From Spirochaetota bacterium (lineage in GTDB: Bacteria; Spirochaetota; UBA4802; UBA5550): DNA of 64,000 nucleotides. The notes below the pieces were generated by a model, which was given only the letters and a program-made list of their open reading frames with translations, did not search any database and was not told where the DNA came from. Below are positions 10,543 to 20,787 of this stretch, in pieces. Both the position numbers and the translations under genes were made by a program. The stretch's first letter is position 1. The number at the start of each line of letters is the position of its first letter. Location of the stretch: the NCBI GenBank assembly GCA_963664815.2, contig CAXXHB010000003.1:2720001-2784000 (forward strand). Direction: 5' to 3'.

Positions 10543-12387
10543 ATGAAAACTGCAGTTCCGTGGAAAAGAGAATATTCAATTTTCGGAATACCGGAAACTT
10601 TTGAGCCTTACTCCGATGAACCTGTACATTCAATGCTTTACAACGCTGCTGAAAAATATCCCGACATGGGACTTATATGCAACGGGTACAGTCTCAGCTA
10701 TCCTGATGTTAAAAACCAGTCCCAGCGGCTTGCGCAGGCACTACTCAGCCTGGGACTGGTGAAAGGCGACCGTGTTGCCACGATGCTTCCCACATCAATA
10801 CAGTTTGTAGTTGCTGATTACGCCATCTCTATTGCAGGACTTGTTCATGTCCCTGTGAGTTTTCTTGATTCAGCCGAAATGCTTTCCGACAAGATCAGCA
10901 CATCCGGTCCGGGAGTATTGATATGCATCACCGGAAACATCGGAACAGCCATAAAGGCAGTAAGTAATAATGAAAATACATGTATAATCGTTACGGATAT
11001 GAATGATTATTCTGATGCACCTCAAACCGATATATCAGTTCCAGTTAATTGTCTGCTGATGCGCGACCTGATAAAAAACACGGAGCCATTAAGCGTACCA
11101 GCAGCATTTGACGTAACACTCGATGTTGAGACCCTCCTTTTTACAGGTGGGACTACAGGGGTTGCAAAAGGGTGTCTGCTCACTCACAGAAATGTATACG
11201 CAAATGCGCTTCAGAACAGTTACGCCGTGGGACAGCTTGAACAGTCGGCAAAAGGCTCCCTTTCAGTACTTATGGGAATACCTTTTTTCCACTCATACGG
11301 GCATGTTCTCATGCACTCCATGACGCTGCTGGGATTCAATCAGATACTTATCCCTGACCCGCGCGATTCAGCATCAATGATTGATGCAATAAAAAAATAC
11401 AGGCCTGTTGTTCATGTCGGTGTACCCACACAGTTTATGAAAATTGCCGGAGAAAAGCTCGGGAAAGGATTCAACATGCTTGCATTATCCGGTTCTGCGG
11501 CGCTTCCGCCAAACCTTGTCAGGGAATACGAGGAGCAGTGCGGCGGTAATATTATGGAAGGATACGGCCTTTCCGAGATGACAGCGGTTACTCACCTGAA
11601 CACAACTGTCCTTACAAGGCTCCTGGGTGGACGAAATGCCTACCATATTATGAATATAATCCTCGGAAGGCCGGTCGTCAACAGAACCGTCAACAGAATA
11701 TTCCGCTCTCTGGGGAGCATAAAGCTGGGAAAGGTTATGAACGTTATAAATATTATAATACGCGGTTCATTCGGATCAAGTAAACTTCGCAGATCAACTG
11801 AAAAACACGGATCAATCGGCATTCCGCACCCTGATACACTTGTCTGTCTTCGCGACATTGACACGGATTCAATAATCTCTTGGGATGAAGCCCTTAATGG
11901 ACGAACCGGCGAACTTTGCCTTTCAGGGCCGCAGCGGATGCTCGGGTACTGGCCAGAACCAGGGAGCGGACTTGACAGGTACGGGTATATACGCACAGGT
12001 GACATTGTACGAATTGACGAAAAGGGATATTTTTATATTGTAGACAGGGTCAAGGATATGATAAACGTCTCCGGCTACAAAGTCTACTCCAGGGAGATTG
12101 ATGACATCCTTATCACTCACCCGGCAATAGACAACGCTGCAGCGGTCGGGATCCCCGACCCGCAGAGAGAGGGGAGTGAACGCGTTGTAGTATACATACA
12201 GCTTAAGCCTGAATTCGAGGAGAGTATGACCGCCGATGAGATACGGGAATATCTTGCCTCAAAGGTAGCCCGTTATGCCGTTCCGAGGGGAGTAAAAATC
12301 GTTAAAGATCTCCCCCTTACCGGTATACAGAAAGTCGACAAGAAGCTGCTACGCCAGCAGGCCCTTACCGATTTTGCAGGTATATAA
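10543..12387 (+). CDS. Long-chain fatty acid-CoA ligase family with internal insertion
   Basis: FTGGTTGVAKG, EGYGLSE, RTGD, DRVKDMI, QKVDK; GGAGG RBS. Confidence 0.9.
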   Translation: MKTAVPWKREYSIFGIPETFEPYSDEPVHSMLYNAAEKYPDMGLICNGYSLSYPDVKNQSQRLAQALLSLGLVKGDRVATMLPTSIQFVVADYAISIAGLVHVPVSFLDSAEMLSDKISTSGPGVLICITGNIGTAIKAVSNNENTCIIVTDMNDYSDAPQTDISVPVNCLLMRDLIKNTEPLSVPAAFDVTLDVETLLFTGGTTGVAKGCLLTHRNVYANALQNSYAVGQLEQSAKGSLSVLMGIPFFHSYGHVLMHSMTLLGFNQILIPDPRDSASMIDAIKKYRPVVHVGVPTQFMKIAGEKLGKGFNMLALSGSAALPPNLVREYEEQCGGNIMEGYGLSEMTAVTHLNTTVLTRLLGGRNAYHIMNIILGRPVVNRTVNRIFRSLGSIKLGKVMNVINIIIRGSFGSSKLRRSTEKHGSIGIPHPDTLVCLRDIDTDSIISWDEALNGRTGELCLSGPQRMLGYWPEPGSGLDRYGYIRTGDIVRIDEKGYFYIVDRVKDMINVSGYKVYSREIDDILITHPAIDNAAAVGIPDPQREGSERVVVYIQLKPEFEESMTADEIREYLASKVARYAVPRGVKIVKDLPLTGIQKVDKKLLRQQALTDFAGI

Positions 12388-12415
12388 GCGGGGAGAGATT
12401 GGGATCTCCCCCCGC
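12388..12415. terminator. Hairpin between convergent genes
   Basis: GCGGGGAGAGAT-TGGG-ATCTCCCCCCGC. Confidence 0.6.
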
Positions 12416-12425
12416 GTTCAGTAAT

Positions 12426-13793
12426 TTAATTTCTGATAATTGTAAAAGGATCAACCGGCTTGCCGTTTACATGTATTTCAAAATGAAGATGAGGTCCTGT
12501 TGAAATTCCGCTGTTTCCTGCTGCTGCAATCCTGTCACCCTGCCGTACTGTATCCCCCTCTTTAACATATATTTCTTTAAGGTGAGTATAGATTGTTTTT
12601 ATCCCATCGCCATGTTCGATTGCAAGCATATGTCCAGTCTGTTCATTATAATCAACACTTATTATTTTACCTGCAGCAGGAGAAATAACAGGTGTGCCGG
12701 CGGGGGCTGCAAGATCAATTCCCTGGTGGTTATACACTTCCCCTGTTACAGGATGTTTGGTGATGCCGAATTTCATTGTTACTCTGCCCGATGACATAGG
12801 ATTAATCATAATACCGGTCAGTCCGTTTAACGTGACATCTTTCCCCTTGACACCGGGTGCAAAATTAATCATTATAAGAATAAATACCACTGCAAAAATA
12901 GTCCTCTGGACATGTTTTGTCTTTAAAGATAACGGCTTCTGAAACAGTTTTTCAAGTCTCATTTTTATTCTCCTTTTGTCTGATTTAAAAAGAGAGGGAG
13001 CAGCATATCCTGCCGTCCTTCCTGTGCTGATGAAATTTACAATAGTCCCGCCGAATACTGCCGGCGTTACACCGGTTATTTTCAGCGCATATAAATCTGT
13101 TTCAATCTCCTCCCTGTTCAGTATTTCATTTTTGATAATTCTTACGAAGGGGGAGAAGTAAAAAAGCGTAGCTGCAGACTCAAGAACCAGGTATTTGATA
13201 AAATCTTTTCGCTTAATGTGAATCAGCTCATGAGCCAGTATTATTTTTTTCTCATTATAATTTAGTGACCTGAACGAATCCGGCAGAATAATAACAGGTT
13301 CCCTGTTATTCCAGATAAATGGGGATGAGATTCTGCCGGAAACTTTTAAAACAATTTCTTTCCGGATACCGATATTCCGCATCAATCCTGCCATGAGTTC
13401 TCTGTCCCCTGTTTCATTATATACCGATCCTGCCTTGACAACTTCATCCAGATATAAAAGCTTTCTCAGGAACAGAATCAGCATTATTAAAAATAAAATC
13501 AGCCATATTAGCAAAACAAACCGGTCACCGGCAGGCGGCGTACTGAATGCTGCTGCTTTCCTCCCCGTCTCCACAAACGGAATATCAAAAGAGTATCCCT
13601 GTATAGCCATGTTATCAGGTAATATATCACTGTATAATCTGAACAAGCCCCATGGTAAAAAAGACTTCAGAAGAGCCATATATAAAACAAGAAGCTGAAA
13701 CCGGTTTGATACAGCCTTAATCTCTGATATTAAAAATATTAAAGGCAGCAGTATTAATGTCAGTACCAGGTGTGTAACAATGTATTCTGTCAT
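12426..13793 (-). CDS. BlaR1-like M56 peptidase fused to an M23 peptidase
   Basis: HELIH zincin motif; C-terminal HQGID and STGPHLHFE. Confidence 0.92.
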   Translation of the reverse strand: MTEYIVTHLVLTLILLPLIFLISEIKAVSNRFQLLVLYMALLKSFLPWGLFRLYSDILPDNMAIQGYSFDIPFVETGRKAAAFSTPPAGDRFVLLIWLILFLIMLILFLRKLLYLDEVVKAGSVYNETGDRELMAGLMRNIGIRKEIVLKVSGRISSPFIWNNREPVIILPDSFRSLNYNEKKIILAHELIHIKRKDFIKYLVLESAATLFYFSPFVRIIKNEILNREEIETDLYALKITGVTPAVFGGTIVNFISTGRTAGYAAPSLFKSDKRRIKMRLEKLFQKPLSLKTKHVQRTIFAVVFILIMINFAPGVKGKDVTLNGLTGIMINPMSSGRVTMKFGITKHPVTGEVYNHQGIDLAAPAGTPVISPAAGKIISVDYNEQTGHMLAIEHGDGIKTIYTHLKEIYVKEGDTVRQGDRIAAAGNSGISTGPHLHFEIHVNGKPVDPFTIIRN

Positions 13794-14161
13794 CTTTCTG
13801 ATTCCATTGATTTTAATACCTCTTTAAGCTCCCGGATCTCCTCCTGTGAAAGGACATTGCTTTTGATGAACAGAGGCAATACCTCCAGCGCATTGCGTTC
13901 AAGAATTTTATCAGCAAAGTGCGAAATCTGCACAGCAAAGGCCCTGATCTTTGATATTCTTGCACTGTAGAGATTTATTCCGTGAAAATTTTCTTTATCA
14001 AGATAGTCTTTTTTAACCATCCGGTCAATTACTGTACGTGTTGTCGAGTAGGCCCACCCGGTTTCTGCAGCCGTTTTTTCATGAATCTCCTTGCTTGACA
14101 GGTGTTTCTCCCTCCACAACAGTTTTAAAATCTCAAACTCGGTTGATATAAATGTTTCCAT
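13790..14161 (-). CDS. BlaI/MecI/CopY family repressor
   Basis: E.EIL..LW, WAYSTT.T...R...K pattern; overlaps the M56 gene start. Confidence 0.92.
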   Translation of the reverse strand: METFISTEFEILKLLWREKHLSSKEIHEKTAAETGWAYSTTRTVIDRMVKKDYLDKENFHGINLYSARISKIRAFAVQISHFADKILERNALEVLPLFIKSNVLSQEEIRELKEVLKSMESER

Positions 14162-14173
14162 TAAATTATCCTC

Positions 14174-14218
14174 ATAGCTGATATGTTACATTTGTAACAT
14201 ATCAGCTATCTTTGTCAA
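14174..14218 (-). promoter_or_regulatory. BlaI/CopY-type operator overlapping the promoter
   Basis: 17-bp arms ATAGCTGATATGTTACA-tt-TGTAACATATCAGCTAT, core TACAnnTGTA; minus-strand TTGACA at 14213-14218. Confidence 0.85.
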
Positions 14219-14431
14219 TCATTATTTTAATATTTCCGTGAAAAACATCACAGCTTATTTACGTCATTCTTTCCGCTGCTGCCGGATTTTTCAGTTTCAG
14301 CCGACGTATTTTTTTTCAAAAAAATTTCACAGCATGATATTTTTATTGATTTATTTAACGGATCCGGAACATGTTAGAGTATTGCAGTCTGTATTTATAC
14401 ATCCATATGCATAAATACTGTAGTTATAAAG

Positions 14432-15961
14432 ATGAAGATAATAAATGATATTTTACAGCGGCTCATCGGCATATGTAAGAACATAAATATTTCATATCTT
14501 ACATCCGATGTATCATCTGAAAAATATACCGTATACCTCCGCGGCAACCTGCTTTCATTTGTCGGTTACTCCATAGCCACTCTTGAAACATTCATGGGAA
14601 TATATCTGGGTTTAACAGATCTAACCTACAAAAAGACTTTATCAATAACTATACCAATCTTAATCCTCTATTCAGTTATTACCGCCATTACATATTTTAA
14701 AAGAGACCTCAAGGTATGGCACGAGTTGTTATTCTTCTTCATATATCTTTTTTCATTCCTGTTTGCCTTCTGTGCATGGATATATGGCCTCGGAAATTTA
14801 AGATTTCTGGGAATTCTCAATGCAGTATGCGCTGTTACAGTTGTTATGGCATACACCAATACGGCCCAGTCACTTCTGCTGTCAATTTCAACATTACTCT
14901 GTTATTTCGCGGTAATGTTTTATTCAATACATTTTGAGGGTCAGATTGCCCCATATTTAAAAGAGGCTTTTCTTACATTCTGCCTTCTTCCGGTTTTTCT
15001 GCTTATCGCATCAGCGTCCGATTACCTCAATAAAAAAAGCAATGCTCTTGTACTGGTAAAAAATGACCTTCAGAAACTCAACGATGAACTGACTGATGCA
15101 AATAATAAGTTAAAGGTCGAAAAGGCAGTTACTGAAAAGGTAAAAAACGATCTGCAGATACTCAACCATGAACTGACTGATGTAAATAACAAACTGAAAT
15201 ATGAACAGGCTATTACTGAAATAGAAATGGATCTCGCAAGTGAAATACAAAAGGCTATATTCTTAAGCAACGCCCCGGCTACTGCCGACTGGGATATCGC
15301 TTTCAGCACCAGGCCTTACGGAGCTGTCTCAGGTGATTTTTATGATTTTTACAGCCGGGATAATACTCTGCAGGGAATAGCTCTGTTTGATGTTTCAGGT
15401 CATGGGGTGGCCCCTGCCCTGATTACCATCCTGGCCAAACCGTTATTATATTCTCATTTTACCAGGTGCGGAGCTTCACAACTCGGTTGTGTAATAGAAT
15501 CTGTTAATGAGGAAATAACCGGAGAGCTTGAACAGGTTAATCTCTATATAACCGGGATACTTCTCCGTATGAAAGGTTCTGAGGTTGAATATGTAAATGC
15601 AGGTCATCCGGATCTTCTGTATTTCCAACCCTCTTCAAGAGATGTCAGAGTTATGGAAGACAGATCCAATTCATACAAGGGGCATCCTGTTGGAATATCA
15701 TTCTCAGATAATACATATAAATCGCTTAAATTTACGGTTCAAACGGGGGATTTCATTATACTGTACAGTGACGGGTTGATTGAATTAAAAAACAACGCAG
15801 GTGAACAGTTTGGAATTACACGCCTTACTGATGTGGTTTCGTCTTTTACCGGATACGATGCTGTAGATCTTTTAAATCACATACTGGAATCTTCAGGTAA
15901 TTTTGCGGGAGAGACAAAAGCCTCTGATGATATTACCATAATTGTTGCAGTGAAAATCTGA
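14432..15961 (+). CDS. Membrane-bound SpoIIE/PP2C phosphatase
   Basis: N-terminal TM helices, coiled coil, VSGDFYD, DVSGHG, NAGHP, YSDG, DDIT. Confidence 0.92.
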   Translation: MKIINDILQRLIGICKNINISYLTSDVSSEKYTVYLRGNLLSFVGYSIATLETFMGIYLGLTDLTYKKTLSITIPILILYSVITAITYFKRDLKVWHELLFFFIYLFSFLFAFCAWIYGLGNLRFLGILNAVCAVTVVMAYTNTAQSLLLSISTLLCYFAVMFYSIHFEGQIAPYLKEAFLTFCLLPVFLLIASASDYLNKKSNALVLVKNDLQKLNDELTDANNKLKVEKAVTEKVKNDLQILNHELTDVNNKLKYEQAITEIEMDLASEIQKAIFLSNAPATADWDIAFSTRPYGAVSGDFYDFYSRDNTLQGIALFDVSGHGVAPALITILAKPLLYSHFTRCGASQLGCVIESVNEEITGELEQVNLYITGILLRMKGSEVEYVNAGHPDLLYFQPSSRDVRVMEDRSNSYKGHPVGISFSDNTYKSLKFTVQTGDFIILYSDGLIELKNNAGEQFGITRLTDVVSSFTGYDAVDLLNHILESSGNFAGETKASDDITIIVAVKI

Positions 15962-15971
15962 AAGATACAGT

Positions 15972-16042
15972 TCGTTTCGACTACGCTCAACGAGCGGTGT
16001 GTGCATAGACACTTTTGTTTCGACTCCGCTCAACAAACGGTG
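15972..16042 (+). repeat. Two degenerate copies of the TTCGACTCCGCTCAA hairpin unit
   Basis: Same unit as the 26.7-kb array, about 43 bp apart, just after the stop codon. Confidence 0.8.
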
Positions 16043-16455
16043 TTTAAAGTAACATTTTTATTTCTTAATTTAAAATCCCATGACCTTCAACGGCAGGTAT
16101 ATAAATAATTATTCTGTTCTTATACATAATACATATTCACAATTAATTACTTATTTATTCTACATAAAACAAAAATATTTCTTGCAATATATATTTTTTT
16201 ATCTATTAATACGTATAATTACTTAATTTATCAACCTTGAAAAACAGAGTATGCTGGTAACCTGGCATCGGTTGATAATTTCATTAAACGATCCTGCAGA
16301 AGCATGGTATAAGGCTATGCGCCTGCTGTCCGGGAAAATCCGTTTAAGCAGAAACTGCATTATTTATTAAAAAACAGAGCGTTGAAATTCTATACCGGGT
16401 TCTCTTTTCAGGGAAACCGGCAGGAATAAAATTCAAGGGGAGGCAAAAAAACATT

Positions 16456-18144
16456 ATGGAATTAACACATGAAATTATGGAACGCCGCTTCTGGTTAAAA
16501 AGCTACGATAACACCACCAGGCCGGTTTTACACTATCCGAAATTCCCTGCACATGAGGTACTGCATACGGTCGCCACAACAAATCCTGACAAGCCGGCTA
16601 CCGATTTTTACGGGACGGTCATTACCTACTGGGATCTATACCTTTATTCCACGCGGTTTGCGAATGGTCTCATCAAAGCTGGAATAAAAAAGGGTGACCG
16701 CGTAGGCATCCTGCTCCCGAACTGCCCTCAGATGGTTATTGCCTTCTGGGCCATACTGCAGACAGGGGGAATAATTGTTAACCTCAATCCAATGTACAAA
16801 CCGGAGGAGTTAAAGGGGATGTTTGAGAAAACCGGTATTACCGCCCTGATTACCTTCGACGGAGCACTCGGCAATGTGCGCGAGCTGTGTAAAATGGTAA
16901 ATATTCCCTTTGTCATGGCAACCAGAATAACAGACTTCATTAATGGAATGAAGGTAAGTACCCCTGAAGATATCGGATTGCCCGCAGGGTGGCATCATTT
17001 TTCACAATTTCTTGATCAGAGTGTAAATGAATGTCCCCCTTCGATCGCCATAAATACAGAAGAGGATGCCGCGATATTACAGTTTACCGGGGGAACAACG
17101 GGTACCCCCAAAGCCGCTACTCTGACTCACCGCAACCTTATAGCGGCTCTGTATACCGGAAGTGAATGGGGCAGATCAATCAGCGATTATATTTCAATTG
17201 AGCGCCGGGCTATAATGGGGGTACTCCCCTGTTTCCACGTTTTCGGCGAAGTCTGCGGAATTGCCATGTCGGCAATGACCGTATCAACCCTTATTCTCCT
17301 CCCCCGTTTTGATCTTGATGAATTTATGAATACTATGAAACGTATCCCGCATATATGGTTTTTCCCCACTGTGGCAACAATGCTGCAGGCCATCATTAAT
17401 CATCCGGGAGCCATGCAGATAAACCTTGCTAAAAAGCTGGCAATAATTAATGCCGGTGCAGCCCCCTGCTCGGAGAACCTTCTGCAAAAGGCCCGCGAAA
17501 TGGGACTTGTCATTTCCCAGGGATGGGGTATGAGTGAAACCACATCTGTCGGCGTAACCACTCCGTTTTTCGGAGTTAAAAAACCTTTCAGCATAGGACT
17601 CCCCTATCCCGACTCTGATATAAAAATTATCGACGTCGAAACCGGTCAGGAGGTGCCTCGCGGAACGCCGGGCGAAATACTGGTAAAATCTCCAATGGTT
17701 ATGAAGGAATACTGGAACGATCCGGAAGAAACGGCTAAACAGCTTCAGGACGGATGGCTGCATACCGGTGACGTCGCCTATATGGATGAAGACGGGTATC
17801 TTTTCATAGTTGACCGCACCAAGGATCTTATCATTGCCGGCGGATTCAATATATATCCGCAGGAAATTGACAATACATTGATGAAACACTCCGCGGTCGC
17901 CGACTCGATGACTATCGGAATTCCCGATGAATACCGGGGAGAAACAGTTAAATCCTTTGTCCAGCTTGCTGCAGGGTCAGCTGCCGGTGAAGCCGAATTA
18001 ATTGCTTACTGCCGTGAGCACCTGGCTGCCTACAAGGTACCGCGGAGCATTGAGATAAGAAAGGAACTCCCCAGATCACCCGTAGGAAAGGCTTTGAAAA
18101 GGATTCTCAGGGATGAGGAGATAGCTAAAATGCAGAAGAAATAG
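16456..18144 (+). CDS. Long-chain fatty acid-CoA ligase
   Basis: FTGGTTGTPK, GWGMSET, WLHTGD, DRTKDLI, VGK. Confidence 0.93.
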   Translation: MELTHEIMERRFWLKSYDNTTRPVLHYPKFPAHEVLHTVATTNPDKPATDFYGTVITYWDLYLYSTRFANGLIKAGIKKGDRVGILLPNCPQMVIAFWAILQTGGIIVNLNPMYKPEELKGMFEKTGITALITFDGALGNVRELCKMVNIPFVMATRITDFINGMKVSTPEDIGLPAGWHHFSQFLDQSVNECPPSIAINTEEDAAILQFTGGTTGTPKAATLTHRNLIAALYTGSEWGRSISDYISIERRAIMGVLPCFHVFGEVCGIAMSAMTVSTLILLPRFDLDEFMNTMKRIPHIWFFPTVATMLQAIINHPGAMQINLAKKLAIINAGAAPCSENLLQKAREMGLVISQGWGMSETTSVGVTTPFFGVKKPFSIGLPYPDSDIKIIDVETGQEVPRGTPGEILVKSPMVMKEYWNDPEETAKQLQDGWLHTGDVAYMDEDGYLFIVDRTKDLIIAGGFNIYPQEIDNTLMKHSAVADSMTIGIPDEYRGETVKSFVQLAAGSAAGEAELIAYCREHLAAYKVPRSIEIRKELPRSPVGKALKRILRDEEIAKMQKK

Positions 18145-18162
18145 CCTGACCGCTGCATAAAT

Positions 18163-18210
18163 GAAGCTCTATTCTCACCGCTTTCTGCAACGGGGAGAAT
18201 AGAGCTTTTT
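18163..18210 (+). terminator. Intrinsic terminator
   Basis: AAGCTCTATTCTC...GAGAATAGAGCTT followed by a T run. Confidence 0.75.
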
Positions 18211-18261
18211 ATAATAGAACATTTTCTATTATAAAAATTCAGAAATTATTATTGGTATTTT

Positions 18262-19866
18262 TTATTTTAAATTACAGGTTATTTTATATACCGGTATCTG
18301 TAATATATCAAAGCCGATCAATATGAGCTTTTTATTCTTCTTCAAAGCATTATTAAGATCTTCAAGAGGCCGTTCACCCTTAAAAACAGTGACAGGTTTT
18401 ATTTTTATTTCTGACAGGCTATGTATAATTTCCTCCCTTGATGTCCAGTTACCCATACTCTGTGAAGTACTGCTGATCCATGTTTTCATTTCAGGAATCA
18501 GGTCCATAACATCAAGGACAGAAGTTTTTTGCGGATAGAAAACACCAAGTACATTAACTGTATAATTTTCATCTTTCGGATTTACCGGATATATACGGAT
18601 AGAATTAATACCTTTTAAGTTCAAAATTACCTTTAACTCAGATACAGTAATTTCGTGAGTATTAATCGATACATCGCATTTTAATTCAGGATTACCCCAT
18701 AAGCGAACCTGGTTATCTTTTGAAGAATAACCATAATTATTTAAATCACCAATTACACCGGAACCTTCTATGGTTGCATGTTCGGCTCCTGGATAATAGC
18801 TGAACGAGCCTTCCTCTTTAATATAAAATTTATCGAATTTGATCCGGATATAATATTCGATTTTTTCTTTTACCTTTGCTTTTGTATCTGCCGAAAGTCC
18901 TTTCCACAGATATCTTGTAAGAGTCCGTATTGATTTTGAAGTATTCAGATTCCATTCATGCCACTTGTCATAATCATTATTTTCCGGAATACGGTCAAAT
19001 GATTGAGCTAAAAATGACTGAGCAATCTTATCCTTATATTTAAGGGGAAAATCCCCGCGAATATCATTCCCTTTTCCATCGACAAATGCCTTTATAATAC
19101 ATGCAGTATTGCTTGTATCGTTTCTTGCCAGTTTTCCGCTTTTTGACCGGGGTCCCCAGAGCCCTGTTTCCGGGTCCTGATTTTTATAAAACCACTGCAG
19201 CATCGCATTCTTCCACTCCGGGGAGACATTATATAAATTGTATTTTTCAATAACAGGATCCTCATAAAACAGGCTCAGAAGACATCGTGCAAAATGAAAG
19301 GATGTCTGCGGGAATCTGTTTCCGATCCACCCGACAGCAGACACCTCATTCAGATAATTGTTCAGCTTTTCAGGAGTATTGACTTCATCAAGAAATTTTA
19401 ACGGGTATTTAAGCTTAAGCGGCTGACCGGTCTCCCGTGCCAGTGCATCCAGATGATTAAGAATATTTGCTGTCGGACTTGCATATGTGCAGAATGGATA
19501 AGATTTGTCCATAAATGCACCGGTGTCCGGGTTCTGCCGGCTGAGATAAAAATCCATTTCCTCTTTTTTATCTTTAAATTCCGGGACTTTAATCAATCCC
19601 TCCTTCGTTTTCATCTGATTATTTAATTCTTTTAATTTTGAAAATGCTGTTATATAATTACCCCTGTCAAGATAATAGGCAATCCCAAGCATCCTGAATT
19701 CAAACTCCGCCATGTAATAGCCCTGTTCCTGAAGCTGTTTATTCATTTTAAACATCTCCGGTATAGAAGGAATGAATAATTTTACTCCGGCAGCAATTAT
19801 CATGAGAATAACTGCAGTTAATAATAAATACTTTTTCTTCTTTGTCATATAGTTTCCCCCTGACAT
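18262..19866 (-). CDS. Membrane-anchored hypothetical protein, possibly prenyltransferase/squalene-cyclase-like repeats
   Basis: N-terminal TM; QNPDTGAF, QDPETGLW and EEGSF repeats. Confidence 0.6.
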   Translation of the reverse strand: MSGGNYMTKKKKYLLLTAVILMIIAAGVKLFIPSIPEMFKMNKQLQEQGYYMAEFEFRMLGIAYYLDRGNYITAFSKLKELNNQMKTKEGLIKVPEFKDKKEEMDFYLSRQNPDTGAFMDKSYPFCTYASPTANILNHLDALARETGQPLKLKYPLKFLDEVNTPEKLNNYLNEVSAVGWIGNRFPQTSFHFARCLLSLFYEDPVIEKYNLYNVSPEWKNAMLQWFYKNQDPETGLWGPRSKSGKLARNDTSNTACIIKAFVDGKGNDIRGDFPLKYKDKIAQSFLAQSFDRIPENNDYDKWHEWNLNTSKSIRTLTRYLWKGLSADTKAKVKEKIEYYIRIKFDKFYIKEEGSFSYYPGAEHATIEGSGVIGDLNNYGYSSKDNQVRLWGNPELKCDVSINTHEITVSELKVILNLKGINSIRIYPVNPKDENYTVNVLGVFYPQKTSVLDVMDLIPEMKTWISSTSQSMGNWTSREEIIHSLSEIKIKPVTVFKGERPLEDLNNALKKNKKLILIGFDILQIPVYKITCNLK

Positions 19867-19869
19867 TAG

Positions 19870-20091
19870 TTATTTCTGAATAATATCCCTGAACATTATT
19901 GTGCCATCAACAGATCTGAATGATATCTCAGCACGATTACTTTGAATGTTGATCTCGGTGAATCCTCTTGTGCCTGTGCGGAATACAGCAGGTATTTCAG
20001 GCTCGAAAGGTAAGTCATGCGGCCTGGCAGTATTCCCGACAACTGCAATGCGTGTAACTGTCCTGCCATGATACCTGAACAATTTTATCAT
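19870..20091 (-). pseudogene. C-terminal remnant, metallophosphoesterase-like
   Basis: GF..I.I.....EISF...DG tail; no convincing start; overlaps the truncated upstream ORF. Confidence 0.4.
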
Positions 20092-20572
20092 TTATAAAAC
20101 CGGCATTGCTGTATTTGAAACTGTATAGCGGCCCCATGTAGATTTCTTTATATATCTTAAAAGCAGCCCCTATTACAAAAGGGTAATATACTGCATCATA
20201 GTCTTCACCCATGTAATCATCGGGATAGTTCTGATATCCAAATGACCCATCAATAATACAAAAATTATTTTTAAAATATTTACTATATTCAACCATAACG
20301 TCATATTGTTTGGCCAGGTTGCAGCTCGTGACGAATGCAATTTCATCAGTATCCCGGCTATCATCTTCAGGTTTAAAATAAATTACCGCTGCGGCGCCAA
20401 GTGTTAAACTCGAATCATTATCGTAGCCGATTATCGGGTGAGCGCCAATCCCCCATCTGCTTTCATCTTCCGGTTCAGCTGATACAGCATTATCAGCATA
20501 ACAATCCCCGGTGTATATGACCGCAGTAAAGAAGGCTGCCATGAGTAACAGAGCATGAAAATATTTTTTCAT
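20015..20572 (-). pseudogene. Truncated Omp85/BamA-TamA-like outer membrane protein
   Basis: Signal peptide, PIIGYDNDSSLTLGAA motif, amphipathic beta strands; too short for a barrel. Confidence 0.5.
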
Positions 20573-20787
20573 TCTTTATCCTTTGTTGTTTTTCAATTTA
20601 CATATTGATTCTTCAATCCGGCTGATTCAGATTTTTGCCGGGTGTTTCTTAAAATAATTTAAGTAAGATTTTTAAGGAGGGGCAGGAAAAATATACAGGG
20701 TAAAGTTATCCGATGTCAATAGCAGTAAACTTCTATTTTGGTAAAAAAAATAAAAAAGTTAAATATGGAAGAAAACTTCTACTGATT

